NCBI RefSeq assembly: GCF_036321535.1
Contig: NC_087437.1
Coordinates: 117,244,001 to 117,308,000 of the forward strand
From: Camelus dromedarius
Taxonomy: Eukaryota
DNA length: 64,000 nt
Direction of reading: 5' to 3'
Shown piece after piece: positions 49,949 through 62,870 of the stretch (its first letter is position 1; the number at the start of each line of letters is the position of its first letter). A program made the translations under genes and the position numbers. The notes below the pieces were generated by a model. It had not been told where the DNA came from, did not search any database, and saw only the letters and a program-made list of their open reading frames with translations.

Positions 49949-51284
49949 CCTGAAGGGTGCATAGCACTAGAGCTCAGATCTTGGAAACCAAGATAATCCT
50001 GACATGTCTTGCTTTGAGAATACAGAAGCAATGGGGGTAAAGCATATGCTGGGGTGGGCACAGAGGTCATCCATGAGGAGGTTCCCAATGTGGGGTGGCC
50101 AAGTACTGGGGAATTGGGTCTGAAAAGCAATGATAACAGTCAGATGGAACAAGCCACATCTAGAAAAACCTCAAGTCTGTGAAGATGCTGAACAGATCCT
50201 GAAAAATGCCAGTGACTTGTGTCCTATCCTGGTCGTAATGTTCACAGGGGCTTATGAATTATCTGTTCCAGGCATACTGTAACATAGCTGAGCTAAGTTA
50301 TGAGCTCTTCACTAAAATTTTGGCCGACACCCAGACATTATTAGTCTTTACACCCTTAGACCTGTTCAAGTCATTCTGTTGGAGGTTGTGAATGTATACA
50401 GTTCTTTTTTATTCTGGCCTACATGTATCTTTATTGAATAATGTGTTTGATACGTGTGAAAAGTCAGAGCTGATTTCTAACAATTTCTAACTATTAATTG
50501 TATTTCAAATGCTTAGCTTACACACACTGCACATGTACCTTCGCAGGCATGCTCGCACACACATGGTTGGATCTCCTGCTCCAAATTCCTAAAATGGCAC
50601 CAGAACACTGCTCTTGGAATCAGGGAAATAACCCTGGTTCTTAGCTTGAAATATGCTGGGGAAATGTCTCAGCAAAAGATTAAAATCAGTGCACCATTAT
50701 TTCCACAAGCCTTGTTTCTTTGCTAATTTACTCCCTGCCTCTCAGCTCTGAAGCCAACAATTGTTGCACAAAGCAGTAGATGACATCATATATCTCCTGC
50801 TCCTTGAAGTCCAGCCAATACTTGATTTCACTGTTGCTTGGTGGCATTTGGAGGGACATTTTATGAGGATGGTGGTTTGGTGGCCCCCACTAATTCTGAG
50901 CCATAACCCAGCCTCTGAGTCCCCCTCCTTGGCTTTGCTCTGGAGAATGGACATTGGAACAGAATGACTGTTCTGCAGAGAAAGAGAGTGAGACTGAGAG
51001 TTTCTAAAGCTGGATCCTTGTTTTGTTTTCTCCATAATGTTCCTGTTTAACTCAAGGGTGGTTGGGTGGAGTCTTTCCTTTAGTTAAGCTATAAGTAAAA
51101 AAGTGAACCTATGTGGTCTACAGGGAAGGCGAAACTAACACAGATGTTTCAGGGGTCACGAACAGATACATGTCAGACTCAGGATTTGAACTCAGGTCAC
51201 TCCATATCTTGAGATAATGACTCAACTTCTCTGCCCTGTTTATACAAGACAGATATTGTAAACATTGTAACTACTCTCTCTGAA

Positions 51285-51420
51285 ACTTTTCTCTCTTTCC
51301 TCTTCCTCCTGGTCGGGGCTCCTCCTTCCGATGCCCTCCCTCTTCCTCATCCTCCTCTCTTCCTTCTTCTTGTCATTCTTCTTCTCCCTTTCCTCCTCCT
51401 CCCCCACCGCCTTTCTTCTC
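51285..51420. repeat. CT-rich polypyrimidine low-complexity tract
   Basis: (cct/ctt)-rich sequence. Confidence 0.8.
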
Positions 51421-52486
51421 ATATTATCATCGTCGCCACATACCGAATGCTTACAATATGGTGTCTTGAGTCTCGTGTCACTGTTTTACCTTCCGTGTCT
51501 CATAAAGTCATACAATTGGTATCATCATTCCTATTCCAGCTGACACTCAGAAACATTACATGGTTCACCTCAGTTCTGACTGCTAGCAAGGGGCTGGGAT
51601 TTGACCCCAGATCTGCCTATCTTCAAAGCTGGTGCCCTGAACTCTCATTGAGCACAGTGCCTTGATATCCACTTATCTGTGTCTTAATTGTGCAAAAAGA
51701 AAAAAAAAGCACATAGTTTTCCCCCTTGGAATGGGTTCAGCGGTGCTCAGTCCTTGTAGGTTTTGTAAAATTCCGAGGTCAGTAATAATGCCCCTCGTGT
51801 TGTTTTATACTTGTGTAGATTGGGTTGAAACTTCATAATGCCAGCCGGGATTCTGATGCCCACCCAGAGCTGGTCACATCTCAGCTTGTGTGACCCTCAC
51901 ATGGTTGATGTGTGGGGCCGGCTTCCAAAAGGTTCTCTGAGAGACCCCTCCTGGAGCTGGAGCTACTACAGTGACACAGATGGCCCCCCAGAGATCTTTG
52001 CTTTCCTTCAGGGCCCAGAATGATCCACCTGTGCTTTACCTTGAGTAATTCTGATCATCCGGAAAGAATTTATGCCTACAAAACATCAACTATGGGTTTT
52101 AGTTGGTTGCTGATATTTTTACTTTATTGTGTCAGTAATACATGTTTGAAGAGGAGTGTTTTTTTTTTCTTTATTGAAATAATTCATCATAGGAACCTCA
52201 GTAAGAGGCCCCACCAGGATGTGAAATAGTCATAAAGTAAAGACATTTACATAAATACATAAATCCCATTCATCAAACCAAGCTGCGTGCATGGCTGTTG
52301 GTAAGACCACATCTCATTCACAGTGCTCTCCAATGCCAGATCTGAGACGGATTATTCTTTGATATCAGAGGGTCACGATGGTTTTAATCCAAGAATGCCA
52401 CAGTAGAAAATGTGTGAATAGAAACTAAGATGCCAGTTTGTTTTTAAGCAGTATCTGTAATCTGGGAAGCAGGCTAGGAGGACCTG

Positions 52487-52500
52487 GTAACTATGGCAAC
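52487..52500. promoter_or_regulatory. RFX X-box motif GTAACT-AT-GGCAAC
   Basis: Exact match to the ciliary X-box consensus GTHNYY-AT-RRNAAC, in apparently non-repetitive DNA. Motif only. Confidence 0.5.
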
Positions 52501-53426
52501 AGCATTGCCACAGTGAAATGGCCCTCGGAGCTCAAGGCGGTCGGGCTGGGAGGCTGACTCCTACAACAAAGCCTTTTCTGTGTACAGTGAACCCAAGAAA
52601 GCTGTGGGCTATAACAGTGGCCATGATAAACCTACAACCTGAGGACCCATGAGGAAAAATGTGAGTCTTAATCATTGCACATTAATTATTTTAGGAAAAG
52701 ATGAATGAAAAATGCTAGCAGATCTGATGAATGTTGCCACGTGATTCGAGCTCTTCTCCTAAAAGGTGTCTTGGCTTCATTTGACATAAGAGATTTGATG
52801 TTCGTGGTCCACAGAGTCTGGATGTGTTCTTTAACTAGTTTTTATTTTATGTACAAAGTGCATGGTGGCCAAAGCTATCTTGCAAATCTAGAAGGGACTG
52901 TAAAAGCCGTCTTTCCTACAGAGTTTGTTTTGAAATAACCCCCAGTTTAGAATATTCTGCCTCCACGAGGTGCTATCTTCATTGGTTTTGCCATCAGTTC
53001 CCCATTCAGAAATTGAAGCAGGATTAAAAGTAGCACCTTTTTCGTTGTGTATGATTTCCAAGGTTGTCTCCTGGAGTCACATTATTTAGGGAGTTTATTG
53101 TCAACAAACGGACGCTCAGCGTGTTATAAATTCAAGAGAAAAGATCCCAAGTTAATACAATATTTGGGATGGAAAGTACTGAGTCTGAAAAGGGGTTTAA
53201 TTTGGAATTTTAAAGAAAGAGGAGTGCTTAGTTCGGAAGTTTTAGTGACAGTAAAAATGTGTCTGAATTCCAGTTCATTCTGATCTATGACAATGGTCAG
53301 AAGTTACAGTGGTAAATCCTAGGCTTTGTGGTTTGATCTTGTTTTTTTTTTTATTTTAGATTTTTTTTTTTTTATTTTTCAGGTGTAAGATTTTGGGTGA
53401 ATTACTTAATCTCTTTTTAGGTGAGT

Positions 53427-54318
53427 CTTTTTTTTTTTTTTAAATTGAGGCAAACTTGGTATATAATATTATATGTTTCAGGCGTACAACATCATAATGT
53501 GACAGAGTGGTCACCAACAAGTCTAGTTACCACCCATTCCCACACAATTTACCCCCTTCACCCATTTTGCCCACCTCAACCTCCTTTCCCTCTGGTAACC
53601 ACCAATCCATTCTCTGTATCTATGAGCTTGTTTTTGTTTTTCTTGTTCATTTGTTTTGTTTTAGATTCCACATATGAGTGAAATCATATGGTATTTGTCC
53701 TCTGCCTGACTTATTTCACATCACGTAATATCCTCAAGGTTCCTGTATGCCGTCACAAACAGCAAGATTTCATTCTTTTTCATGGCTGAGTAGTTTTCCA
53801 TTGTGTGTATGGAACCACAAATTCTTTATCCACTCATTCATTAATGGACCATCAGATTGTTTCCATATCTTGGCTATTGTAAATGATACTGCAATGAACA
53901 TAGACGGTGTGTATATCTTTTCAAATTAGTGTTTTCATTTTCTTTGGATAAACACTCAGAAGTGGAATAGCTGGATTGTGTGGTAGCTCTATTTTTAATT
54001 TTTTGAGGAGTCTCCATACTCCAACTTACATTCTTACCATCAGTGCACAAAACTTTCCTTTCTTCTGCATCCTCACCAACACTTGTTATTTGTTGTCTTT
54101 TTGATAATAGCTGTTCTGACAGGTGATATCTCATTGTGGTTTTGATTAACATCTCCTTGATGATGAATGATGTTGAGCATCTTTTCATGTGTGCCTGTTG
54201 GCCATCTGTATGTCTTCTTTGGAAAAATGTCTATTCAAATCCTCTGCCTACTTTTTAATGTTTTTTTTTTTTTTGCTGTTATTGAGTTGTATGAGCTTTT
54301 TATATATTTTGGATTCTT
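53427..54318 (-). mobile_element. 5'-truncated L1 (L1MA9-like)
   Basis: Poly-T start; ttagattccacatatgagtgaaatcatatggtatttgtc; ORF 53874-54188 [23 protein letters not shown]. Confidence 0.9.
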
Positions 54319-54870
54319 TTAAAGGGGAAATAAAAATAATGTCACCCTTCAGAATGTTGTGAGCATTTAAATGACATAATCCACATGATGTGCTTAGCTC
54401 TGTGACAGTAAGGGTTCAGCACTGCTCTATAACATCAGTATACGTTAATGGAGCAATTATGGCTAAGTTAATCAGATCACGCGTGTGTATCTTTGGAAAC
54501 TATTATGCAGTATAGAATGTGTTGATGGAATGGTATAGTAAAAGTTAGCCTAACTCTCGGCTTGGGTTTGAAGATATTCAAGATGGTAGCTTCAATTTCT
54601 GGACTTGACAGCTCACCATAGGATTCACTATGGGATGGGAAAACCATTCTGCTTCATACTCAGCATCTTGCCCTGGAAATGGGAAGAAATTTTTTTTCCA
54701 ACAGAGGAGAATTAGAAATGCACGTCTTAGTGAGTGGTATTCCTTGGGCAGCTGCCAGCCTGGGGTCTAGAACAGGGAAAAGGGGACACTAAGGGGAATT
54801 CCAAGGACAGGGAATCATAGACTATGGTCCAGGCCCATCTCCAACCTCTGGAAGCTTGAATTATGGCTAA

Positions 54871-56653
54871 GAGCCCAGCCCCATCCTCCCGTATCTTAGA
54901 GCCATGTCATCCTGTGTTTCACCTTCCCTTTATTTAGAGCCCCAAATTAGTCATCATTATTCTTGTTATTTTATACAGTCTGTGCTTTTCACTGACAGTA
55001 GAGTATTCTGTGAGTCTTAAACTTAAGAATGAAAACTGTTGGAAGTCTGACTGTGTCTTCCAGTAGATGGCTTGGGTGTTGGTTCCTCAAGTCATAAGGT
55101 CATAAGAACAAGATCTGCCACTCTTGTGTGAGGCGATAAGTCTAGGGCTCTGGGGGAGAAAGGACAGGCCTCCTGGCTCTTCTGCTTTTTGGTTGCGTGG
55201 CCTGGAGTAGCCTTGGTTCATTAGGAAAGCCACGAAGAATACTAGCACCTAACCCACTGGGGTGACAGGAAGATTATATTAAAATATACCCCAAGTGCCC
55301 AGCATAACTCATGGTGCCTCCAATGTCCTCAGCTCAAATTAGCAAAAGTGCTTCCTAATACAGTGCGGGGGCTTCTAACTGTCCCGTAGCATCAAATTAG
55401 GTGAATGAATGAATGAACGAGCAAATGAATGAATGAGTGTAGGATGGGCTGAGATCCAGAGCAGAAAGTGTTAAAAAAAAATAGGTAAAATTTTATTGAA
55501 ATCTTTTATTACTAACTAATGTCATATGAAGATTAACCATGGTGTGTAGAGTTAAAACCCAAAGGAGTATGTGTTTTTCTGGCAGGAAGGCAGTGAGGTC
55601 TCCACAGCCCTGAGAGTGGGGTCAATGCGGGGGTGGAAGGCGCCCCTTAGGGTGCAGGGCACTGAGGTCTTCGAGGGTCTTGGGTGGAAAGCCAAGTTCA
55701 AGGATTCCCACATATTGGGTAAGAGGACTGCTTGCTTTTTTTTTTTTTTCATTATATAAAACATATATCCTTGTTCCCTCCACCTGATGACATCTGTTGC
55801 CTGAGAAGGTAAACACTGTTGAAAGGGCCTCATAAATTTTAAATAATGTTAAATGATTTTTGTACCTTCTGTTTCACGACAGCCTCTATGCATATTGGAA
55901 TGACAGAGTGCACGGAAGAACAAGACTCTTTTTCTGGGATGTGCACAACGTGGGGGGTGGGGGGCACACGGGGCAAAAACGCCTTTATAAAGCTCTCCAC
56001 CCCTCAGCAGTTTGGAAACCCTGGGGAACTGAACATATCCTGGCTTCTGAGTCAGAGTTTCGTATTTAAAGTTACATCCTGCCTCACAAAAGCTGTGTGA
56101 TCGTGAGCAGGTCACGAGGAAAACTCTCTGAGGGAGCCTTGCTTTCTGGATCTGTAAATGGGGGGTAATGCTCATTCCCTTGTATGCTTCCTGTGAAGAC
56201 GAACGCAGACAACGCAAGCCAAACAGCTGGCATACAGCAGGTGCTCAATAAAGGTAAGTGTCCTCTCTCTCGGCATGGGAGTTCCATTAAAATTCATATC
56301 CAATCATCAAAAGGCAAAAATCCTCCTTCGAGAAGAGGATCAATATGATTTTGAATATTTGATATCGAAATAGTTACTAGATAAATCAAGCTTTCTCTGC
56401 ATGAGTTTGGAAGTGATGGTTTCTTTTTCTATTCTTTGGGTGGCTGTCCTTAAAACTGGACGAGGCACTCGTGACGGGAGCCCGAGGGTAATCCACCCTC
56501 TCACCTGCTGTGCGATGCAGACCTCACAGCGCGGAGCCCAGCCCCGTCCTCCCGCATCTTAGGGCCATGCCACCCCGTGTTTCTCCTTCCCTTTATTTAC
56601 AGCCCCAAGTTAGTCATCATTATTCTTGTTATTTTATACAGTCTGTGCTTTTC
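54871..56653 (+). repeat. 120-bp dispersed direct repeat pair (54871-54990 and 56534-56653)
   Basis: Ungapped hand alignment gives 9 mismatches in 120. Confidence 0.9.
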
Positions 56654-57244
56654 TTTTTCTTTCTTTCTTTTTTTAAGCTGTCCTTTTCCGTGAAAGTCTA
56701 CTACTTTCTCTGTGGGGCGGGCATGGGATGGGCAGGGAGCTGTGGGATTCAGGGCTGTAGACACAAGGGTGCTCCCGCCCCTGCCCCGGTGGGCCACGAA
56801 AGTTGGTGGAGCCTCCCTGAACAACACATCTGGGAGAAGAAGGCAGCTTGCTAAGGGTTGTTACGCTCCTAGTGCTTCCAGAGGCCCCTGGGAAAGAACC
56901 GAGCCCTCCGCACTGGCTTAGAAGAGAGGGCTGGTAGCAGTTCTCTCCGTGTCCACCTGTCTCTTCCCCTGGGCCTCTCTTCCCCTCCTGCTGTTTCTGT
57001 CTGTGCCTCTCTCAGTAATGCAGCAATAGAAGCCGCAGGGCCGGGGCAGATCCTACCACACTCCACCCAACTCCGTATGTGTGTGTAATGACGACCCAAA
57101 GAAGGTCAAGAACATTCTCGAAGGGGTAAAGGCTCCAAAGTGTGGGTATGAACCATGTTGAGCATCAAAATGCATGCGTCTGCACCAAGTGCCCTTGACC
57201 TACACAGCGAGCCCGCCGCCATTCCCATCCCCCAACATCTGCAT

Positions 57245-58180
57245 CATTTAAAAAAATTATGAATATAATACACGTTCATGATAAAAAAAAATTCCAACAG
57301 AAGGGAAAGTCAAAATTCACTTTCTCTTGCTGATCCTTTTCCTGGTCTTTAGAAGTAATAATAGTTTTTAATAATGGTTAATATTAGTAATGTATTCATA
57401 ATTAATAAATACTAGTAACAGTTTTTGTATATTTTTTTGGAATTCAAATATAAAGTTTTTGTAAGTGAAAAACCAAGTTGTAGAGTGGCAAGAAGACCAC
57501 ATGTAGTATAGGGTGGGATTATACATTCTGTTCTGACTTTTTTTCCTAATTGAAGTATCCAGGCAATCTTTCCAAATCAGCACATACAGATTTTTCTCTG
57601 TCTTTTAAAAAACCACGTAGTATTACTGTACTGACCTCCCCAGGCTTACCCTGTAGACTTTGGGGACAGTTTCTACTCATTTGCTGTAGTGAATAATGCT
57701 TCCACAAACACTTCTGTGCAGTCATTATTGTATATTTATGCAAATATCCATAGGCTAAACTCTTAAGCAGCATTTCAATAATTTAAACTGCGTGAGTTTG
57801 TACATTTTAAATACATGTTGCCAAATTCCTCCCCAGATATTGTACTGACGCTCCAGCCCACGCTGTATGGGAATGCTTGCTTCCCAAACTGAAACTTCAA
57901 ACTTTTGCCAACATCGAGGGTAAATCATTTTCACTATTTTTGTCTTAGTTTCTGTAATCATGGCCAGTCTGGGACTGTTTTTCTGTGCTTTCATGTGAAC
58001 TACCTATTCAAATCCTGGTTTTTTTTTTCTCCTCCCTATTGGGTGGCTCCTTACTGATTTGTAAGAGCTCTTTGTACAATGAAGAAATGGTTTCTTGTGC
58101 TCACAGACCATGTTTATTGAGACTAGTTTAATCATTTGTCATTTGTCTTCTGACTTCAGCTATGCTGTGTTTTCTTTCCC
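57245..58180 (-). mobile_element. Old L1M fragment
   Basis: Decayed 3' L1 motifs (tacatgttgccaaatt, ctacctattcaaatcc, actgatttgtaagagctcttt). Confidence 0.65.
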
Positions 58181-58869
58181 TCACGTAAAAACTGGGAAGG
58201 ACTGTGGAGTTGAACTCCTAGCCTCTTTTATGGCTGCTGGGTCGGTAGTCTTTCGCCAGGGAGGACCTTTGCATGAGGTTGACCTTGTGCGTGAGTGGTG
58301 GGAGGAGAAGCAGCTGTGTCTTGCAGAGCAATAGCTGCCGTCCTCACTTTACAGCCCCGAGGAAGTTGCTGGAAACCTAACCAAAACACCTCCGCCCTGC
58401 TGCTCCCAGGAGGGCTTCTGGCTCTGTGGTTATCCCCTCATGACAGGGGAACGCCTCTGCAGGTGTCTCCTTCGGGAATGACAGCTTGCTCTGCCTGATT
58501 TATTGAACGTCGTGGGATGTGGGCCTTTGGGGAGGCTCTGCTTGATCTGTGTGTTCCGCTGAGACAATTATTTGGGTGAAAACCCCAAAGAATGGGTGCA
58601 GAGGGAGTAGCATCTAAAATGCCTTCCTTTTCCCCTGTAAGCTCTGGGGAAACTCAAGGGACGCCAGTTAAGTCAGATCCAGAGCCATTGGGCCTGTTAG
58701 TGACTCGGTCAGACTGTCTCTTGTCAGACATGGAATGACAGCTTAACAAACCATAATTATCAAAGTTTTCCAGTTTGGTGTTGTTTTATATGATTCTTTC
58801 AGATTATTTGCTTAGGAAGTATTTCCACGATGGTTCAAATAAGGTTCAGTTCTCCATGTTTAATTTAAA

Positions 58870-59292
58870 TACATTAGTTTCCTAAGTAACAAATTACCAT
58901 CAGCTTGGTGATTTAAAACAGCAGGAATCTATTGTCTCACAGACCTGGGGAAAAGAAGTCCAAAATCTAGGCGCCAGCAGGGCTGTGCTCCCTCTGAAGG
59001 CTCCAGGAAAGATCCTTTTTTGCTTCCGGTGACTCCAGGAATTCGCTGGTTTGTGGCTGCGTCATCCCAATCTCTGTGTCCCTATTCACGTGGCCTTTCC
59101 CTCTACATCTCTGTGTGTCCTCTCCTCTAATAAGGACACACTGGATTTAGGGTCCACTCTAAATCTAGAATGATCTCATCTTAAGATCTTCAACTTAATT
59201 GTATCTGCAAAGACTCAATTTCCATATAAAACAACATTCTGAGGCTGTGGCGGACATGAATTTTGGGGATTTGGTCCATTTAGTCCATCACA
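58870..59292 (-). mobile_element. MLT1 (MaLR) LTR
   Basis: ttagtttcct...gtaacaaattacc...cagcagggctgtgctccctctgaaggctc...tatctgcaaagac...ggacatgaattttgggg. Confidence 0.85.
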
Positions 59293-59879
59293 TCACTATT
59301 CAGTTCATCACATCACTATTCAGTTCATTACATCAACTGAGGCAAACAATCTGAACACTTTGGGTGAATGCAGACTTATCTGCAATACTCTGATAACCTG
59401 AAAGCTGCAAGTAGCTGTTGCAGAATTGACATTGTTGAGAGTGAAATTTAAACTAGTGCAACAAGCTCCTGGAACCATTTTGAGAAGAAACTTATTGTCA
59501 ACAAATTTCCCCCCCAAATGATAATGCCAAAGCAATAAAAGTCTTGAAGAGTCTTGGTAACTTCCCACAGGCAGGCACAATCTTTATCATGATCTTGGCA
59601 AGAGCCTTAGAGTCCCCATCTATAAAATGAGGGTAGCAGCGTGCTTTATTTACTGGAGTTGTCTGAGTTAAATAAGAAAAATGCGTTTGAAGTGTTTTGG
59701 TGCATATCTTGGAATATTGTAAATGTCCGGCAGAAGACAGCGTTCAAACTCTTAAGAACTGAGAAAAGACCCCCAGCACAGCATACACAATGAAAACGAC
59801 GGGGATATAGGCGTTTCTTAAAAGCAAGTCATAAAATAAACACACCTAAGGGCCCAGGCATAGAGTTATAGATAGTTGG

Positions 59880-60290
59880 GTCTTATCAGTCAAGGTCCCC
59901 ACAGAAAGTAAATCGCACAAGGGAAAGCCAAGAAGGGCTTGATAACAGTACTGGGTACAGAGGTGCACAGGCAGGTATAGGGAAACCATCAGGGTGAGTG
60001 CACTGATGAGGGCGGGTGGGAGGGAGTTGTACTGACTGTCACCATCCTAGGAGCAAGGAATGAGAAAGACGAAGTGGTCCAAGGGTTCTGGAAGGAGAAA
60101 ACCTCTCTGTAGAAGGATTCATTCTACCTTAATGAGAGCAGTGACTAAGTCACTCTGCAGGAGGCAGTTGAGGGAATAAACGCCATGAATGTACTGTTCT
60201 TCCTCCTTCCAGTCTCCTGCCAGGGCTCCCCTTTGCTGAATCAATTTTGAAGCCAGAGAGCAAGGGGTGGGGGTGGGGGGCTTGGGGATC
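59880..60290 (-). mobile_element. Old MLT1-like LTR
   Basis: tcagtcaaggtcccc...cctccttccagtctcctgccagggctccc...gaagccagagagcaagggg. Confidence 0.5.
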
Positions 60291-61589
60291 ACCAGGGTGA
60301 TGTGTGTGTTCAACCCAGCTCCCATAAAAGCCAACTCCCTGGGGCTGGGGACAGGGTGGAGAAGGCTGGGGACTAGGTCTTGGGGAGGCACACTGAAAGG
60401 CATCTGTCTGACTCACTCTCTTTATTGCTTGAGTTCTTGGTCAGATTGTGGCACGTCCTTTTTGTAGAATAATATTCAAGAATATTCTCTTGAATAACAG
60501 TCAGTTGGTGACTCAGCATTCTCTGCAATGACCGCATGCTGGCGTAGCTTCTGGTGACACCACTGGACAGGCTTCCCCAACAGGCTTATGGCATCAGCTA
60601 GCTTTGGCAAATGATGGAAGACTGTTGTGGGCAACATCGTGGTCTATGGCACCTTCAGGGATGGCTGTAGACACGTCCGTACCCCGAGGCAGCTCCTCCT
60701 GAGTCCTCTGGGAAGATACAATTCTGGGCTTACTCTCATGTGAATAATCAAAATTGCCTGGAGTACAGCAATTCACAGACTAAAGGGTTGGATCCTGGCT
60801 CCTGGAGAAGCACCCATCTCACTGGGTGGCACCTGGGTCGTACTGCTTCATTTCGGCTCCCTGCATCCCATCCCCTGCCCCACCCCTATGTACTTACAGC
60901 ATGGGCTGACCTGGGACTGGATTCAACATCACTTGATTGTTTTCTGTGTAAGTTTAGTGCCCATATTCCCACCCATTTGTATACCCAAGGCTTTCCAAAA
61001 GATAGGTTCCAGGTGTGGTGGCTCAGCAGAAACTCTCTCCAAAGCAGGGTAGCTAGTGAGCGATTCGAATTCCACTTTCCAAGTCTGGGAAGTTTGGGGT
61101 GTCACCACTCAGCACACCTCAACCCAAGTGTCCCAAGTTGCTTCTAGGGCCAGAGTGAGCTCTTCCTGGGTCCATCTGCTTGAAGGTAAACCTCATCACC
61201 AATGTGTCCACCTCAGACTCGAGGGGGAGCTGGAAGGCTGCTTGGATCTGGGGTTCGGTAAGGGACAGAGCATCAGGGAGAAAAGAAGGGTTCAGGCTGT
61301 GATTCTGGTGTCTCACCGGCTCCCTTGATCTGGTCCACAATGTTAGGGGCCGTCTGCCTTGATGGAATCTTGTTTCCTCCAGCCCCCTCTACACACTTCT
61401 GCCAACATCCTATCCTAGGGTGTTGTTCTAAAACCTTACTGACCTGGCATTCAGAGATCAAGTTCAAGCTCTCAGTCTGGCCCCAACCTGTGTCCCCTGA
61501 TTTACCTCCCACTGTGGCCCAACATAGACTCTCTACTTAAGCCTGGATGTTCAAGTAACACACCTCCTGTCACACCTGCACCCCACACA

Positions 61590-62870
61590 CTTATTCACCA
61601 TCATCTATCTCCCCAAGTGAAACCCTGTACCCACTGAACACTCATTCCCCATCCCTCCCCCCAGCCCCCGGCAGCCATCAGTCTCCTTCCTGCCGTGATG
61701 AGTCTGACCACTGCAGGCATCACATATAAGTGGGACCATGCAGTGTTTAGCCTTTTGTCATCTGTTTATTGCGGTAAATATTTTAAAACACGTCTCCACC
61801 ATGAACTGTGTAAGAATTTCTACACCTGGGGTCAGAGTTGCTGGGTCATAAGGGTCATAAGGCTTAATTTCGCTAAGCTGGGCCAGACTGTGCTCCAGAA
61901 AGCACCCCCTGAGCCTTGACTCCCAGCAGCAGAGCCAGCAGAGCGGTCCCAGTATCCTTACATCCCTGCCAGTTCTTGGCATGAGCCAGCTTTTGAATTT
62001 GTGCCGGGCTAATGGGTGTAAAGTCAGTTTCCATAGGATAAATCTGCATTTCTCTGACTACAAATGCTTTTGAGCGCGCCTTCCCATGCAGGCCCCCATT
62101 CCCCGTCCCTCCTCTGTAAATGGCTTTTAACCATTCTTCTCTCACGGTTGTTGAAATGTTTGTGTTGCTTGCAGACATTTCTTGTTCCACACGTTTTGAT
62201 AGCTTGTTGGTTTTCTTTGTCACAACATCTTCTCCCCCTCTGTCATCTATCATCTTAGTCTGTGGTGATCTTTTCTGGAGCAAAAGTCCTTCATTTTCAT
62301 GTAATCAAGCTTACTAGCTTTTCTGTGCACCTGAAGTTCTGTCCAAGAAGCCCTCCCCCACTTGTTAATCATAAAGACATTCTCTTCTGTCTCTTTCTAT
62401 CATCTTCATAGTTTTACCTCTCTCGGGGGTCTTAAGTCCATCTAGAGCACACCATTATTTAGGTACAGACTCAATTCTGTGTTGTTTGATTTACTTACAA
62501 TTTCCTCAGTACCATCTGTGGAACAATTTACTCCTTGCTGACTAGTTTTTGCTACCACCATTACCATACATGAGATTTCCATGTAGACCCAGGTTTTACT
62601 CTGCCCTCTCTATTCTGTCCTCTGAACACACTGTCTACTTTCCTGCCTTTTTTTTTATTACTATAACTTTGAGGTATGTCTTGGTACCCAGGTGGAGAAG
62701 CCCACTCCTTCACTTGGCTTTTGAAAAGCTGACTCAGCATTTACAGACCTTTCTTCCTCAGTGGTTCTTGATTTCCTCAAAACACCCACGTGAAATTTCC
62801 ATTGTGATTGCACTGCATTCATGGGTTAATGTGGGAAGAATGATGTCTTTGTCTAGGGTTTTCCACCTAG
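61590..62870 (-). mobile_element. Old L1M fragment(s)
   Basis: aaaccctgtacccactgaacactcattcccc...cccagccccggcagcc; reverse-strand VVREMQI...FTPISPAQI resembles the ORF2 C-terminus; gattgcactgcattc motif. Confidence 0.7.
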
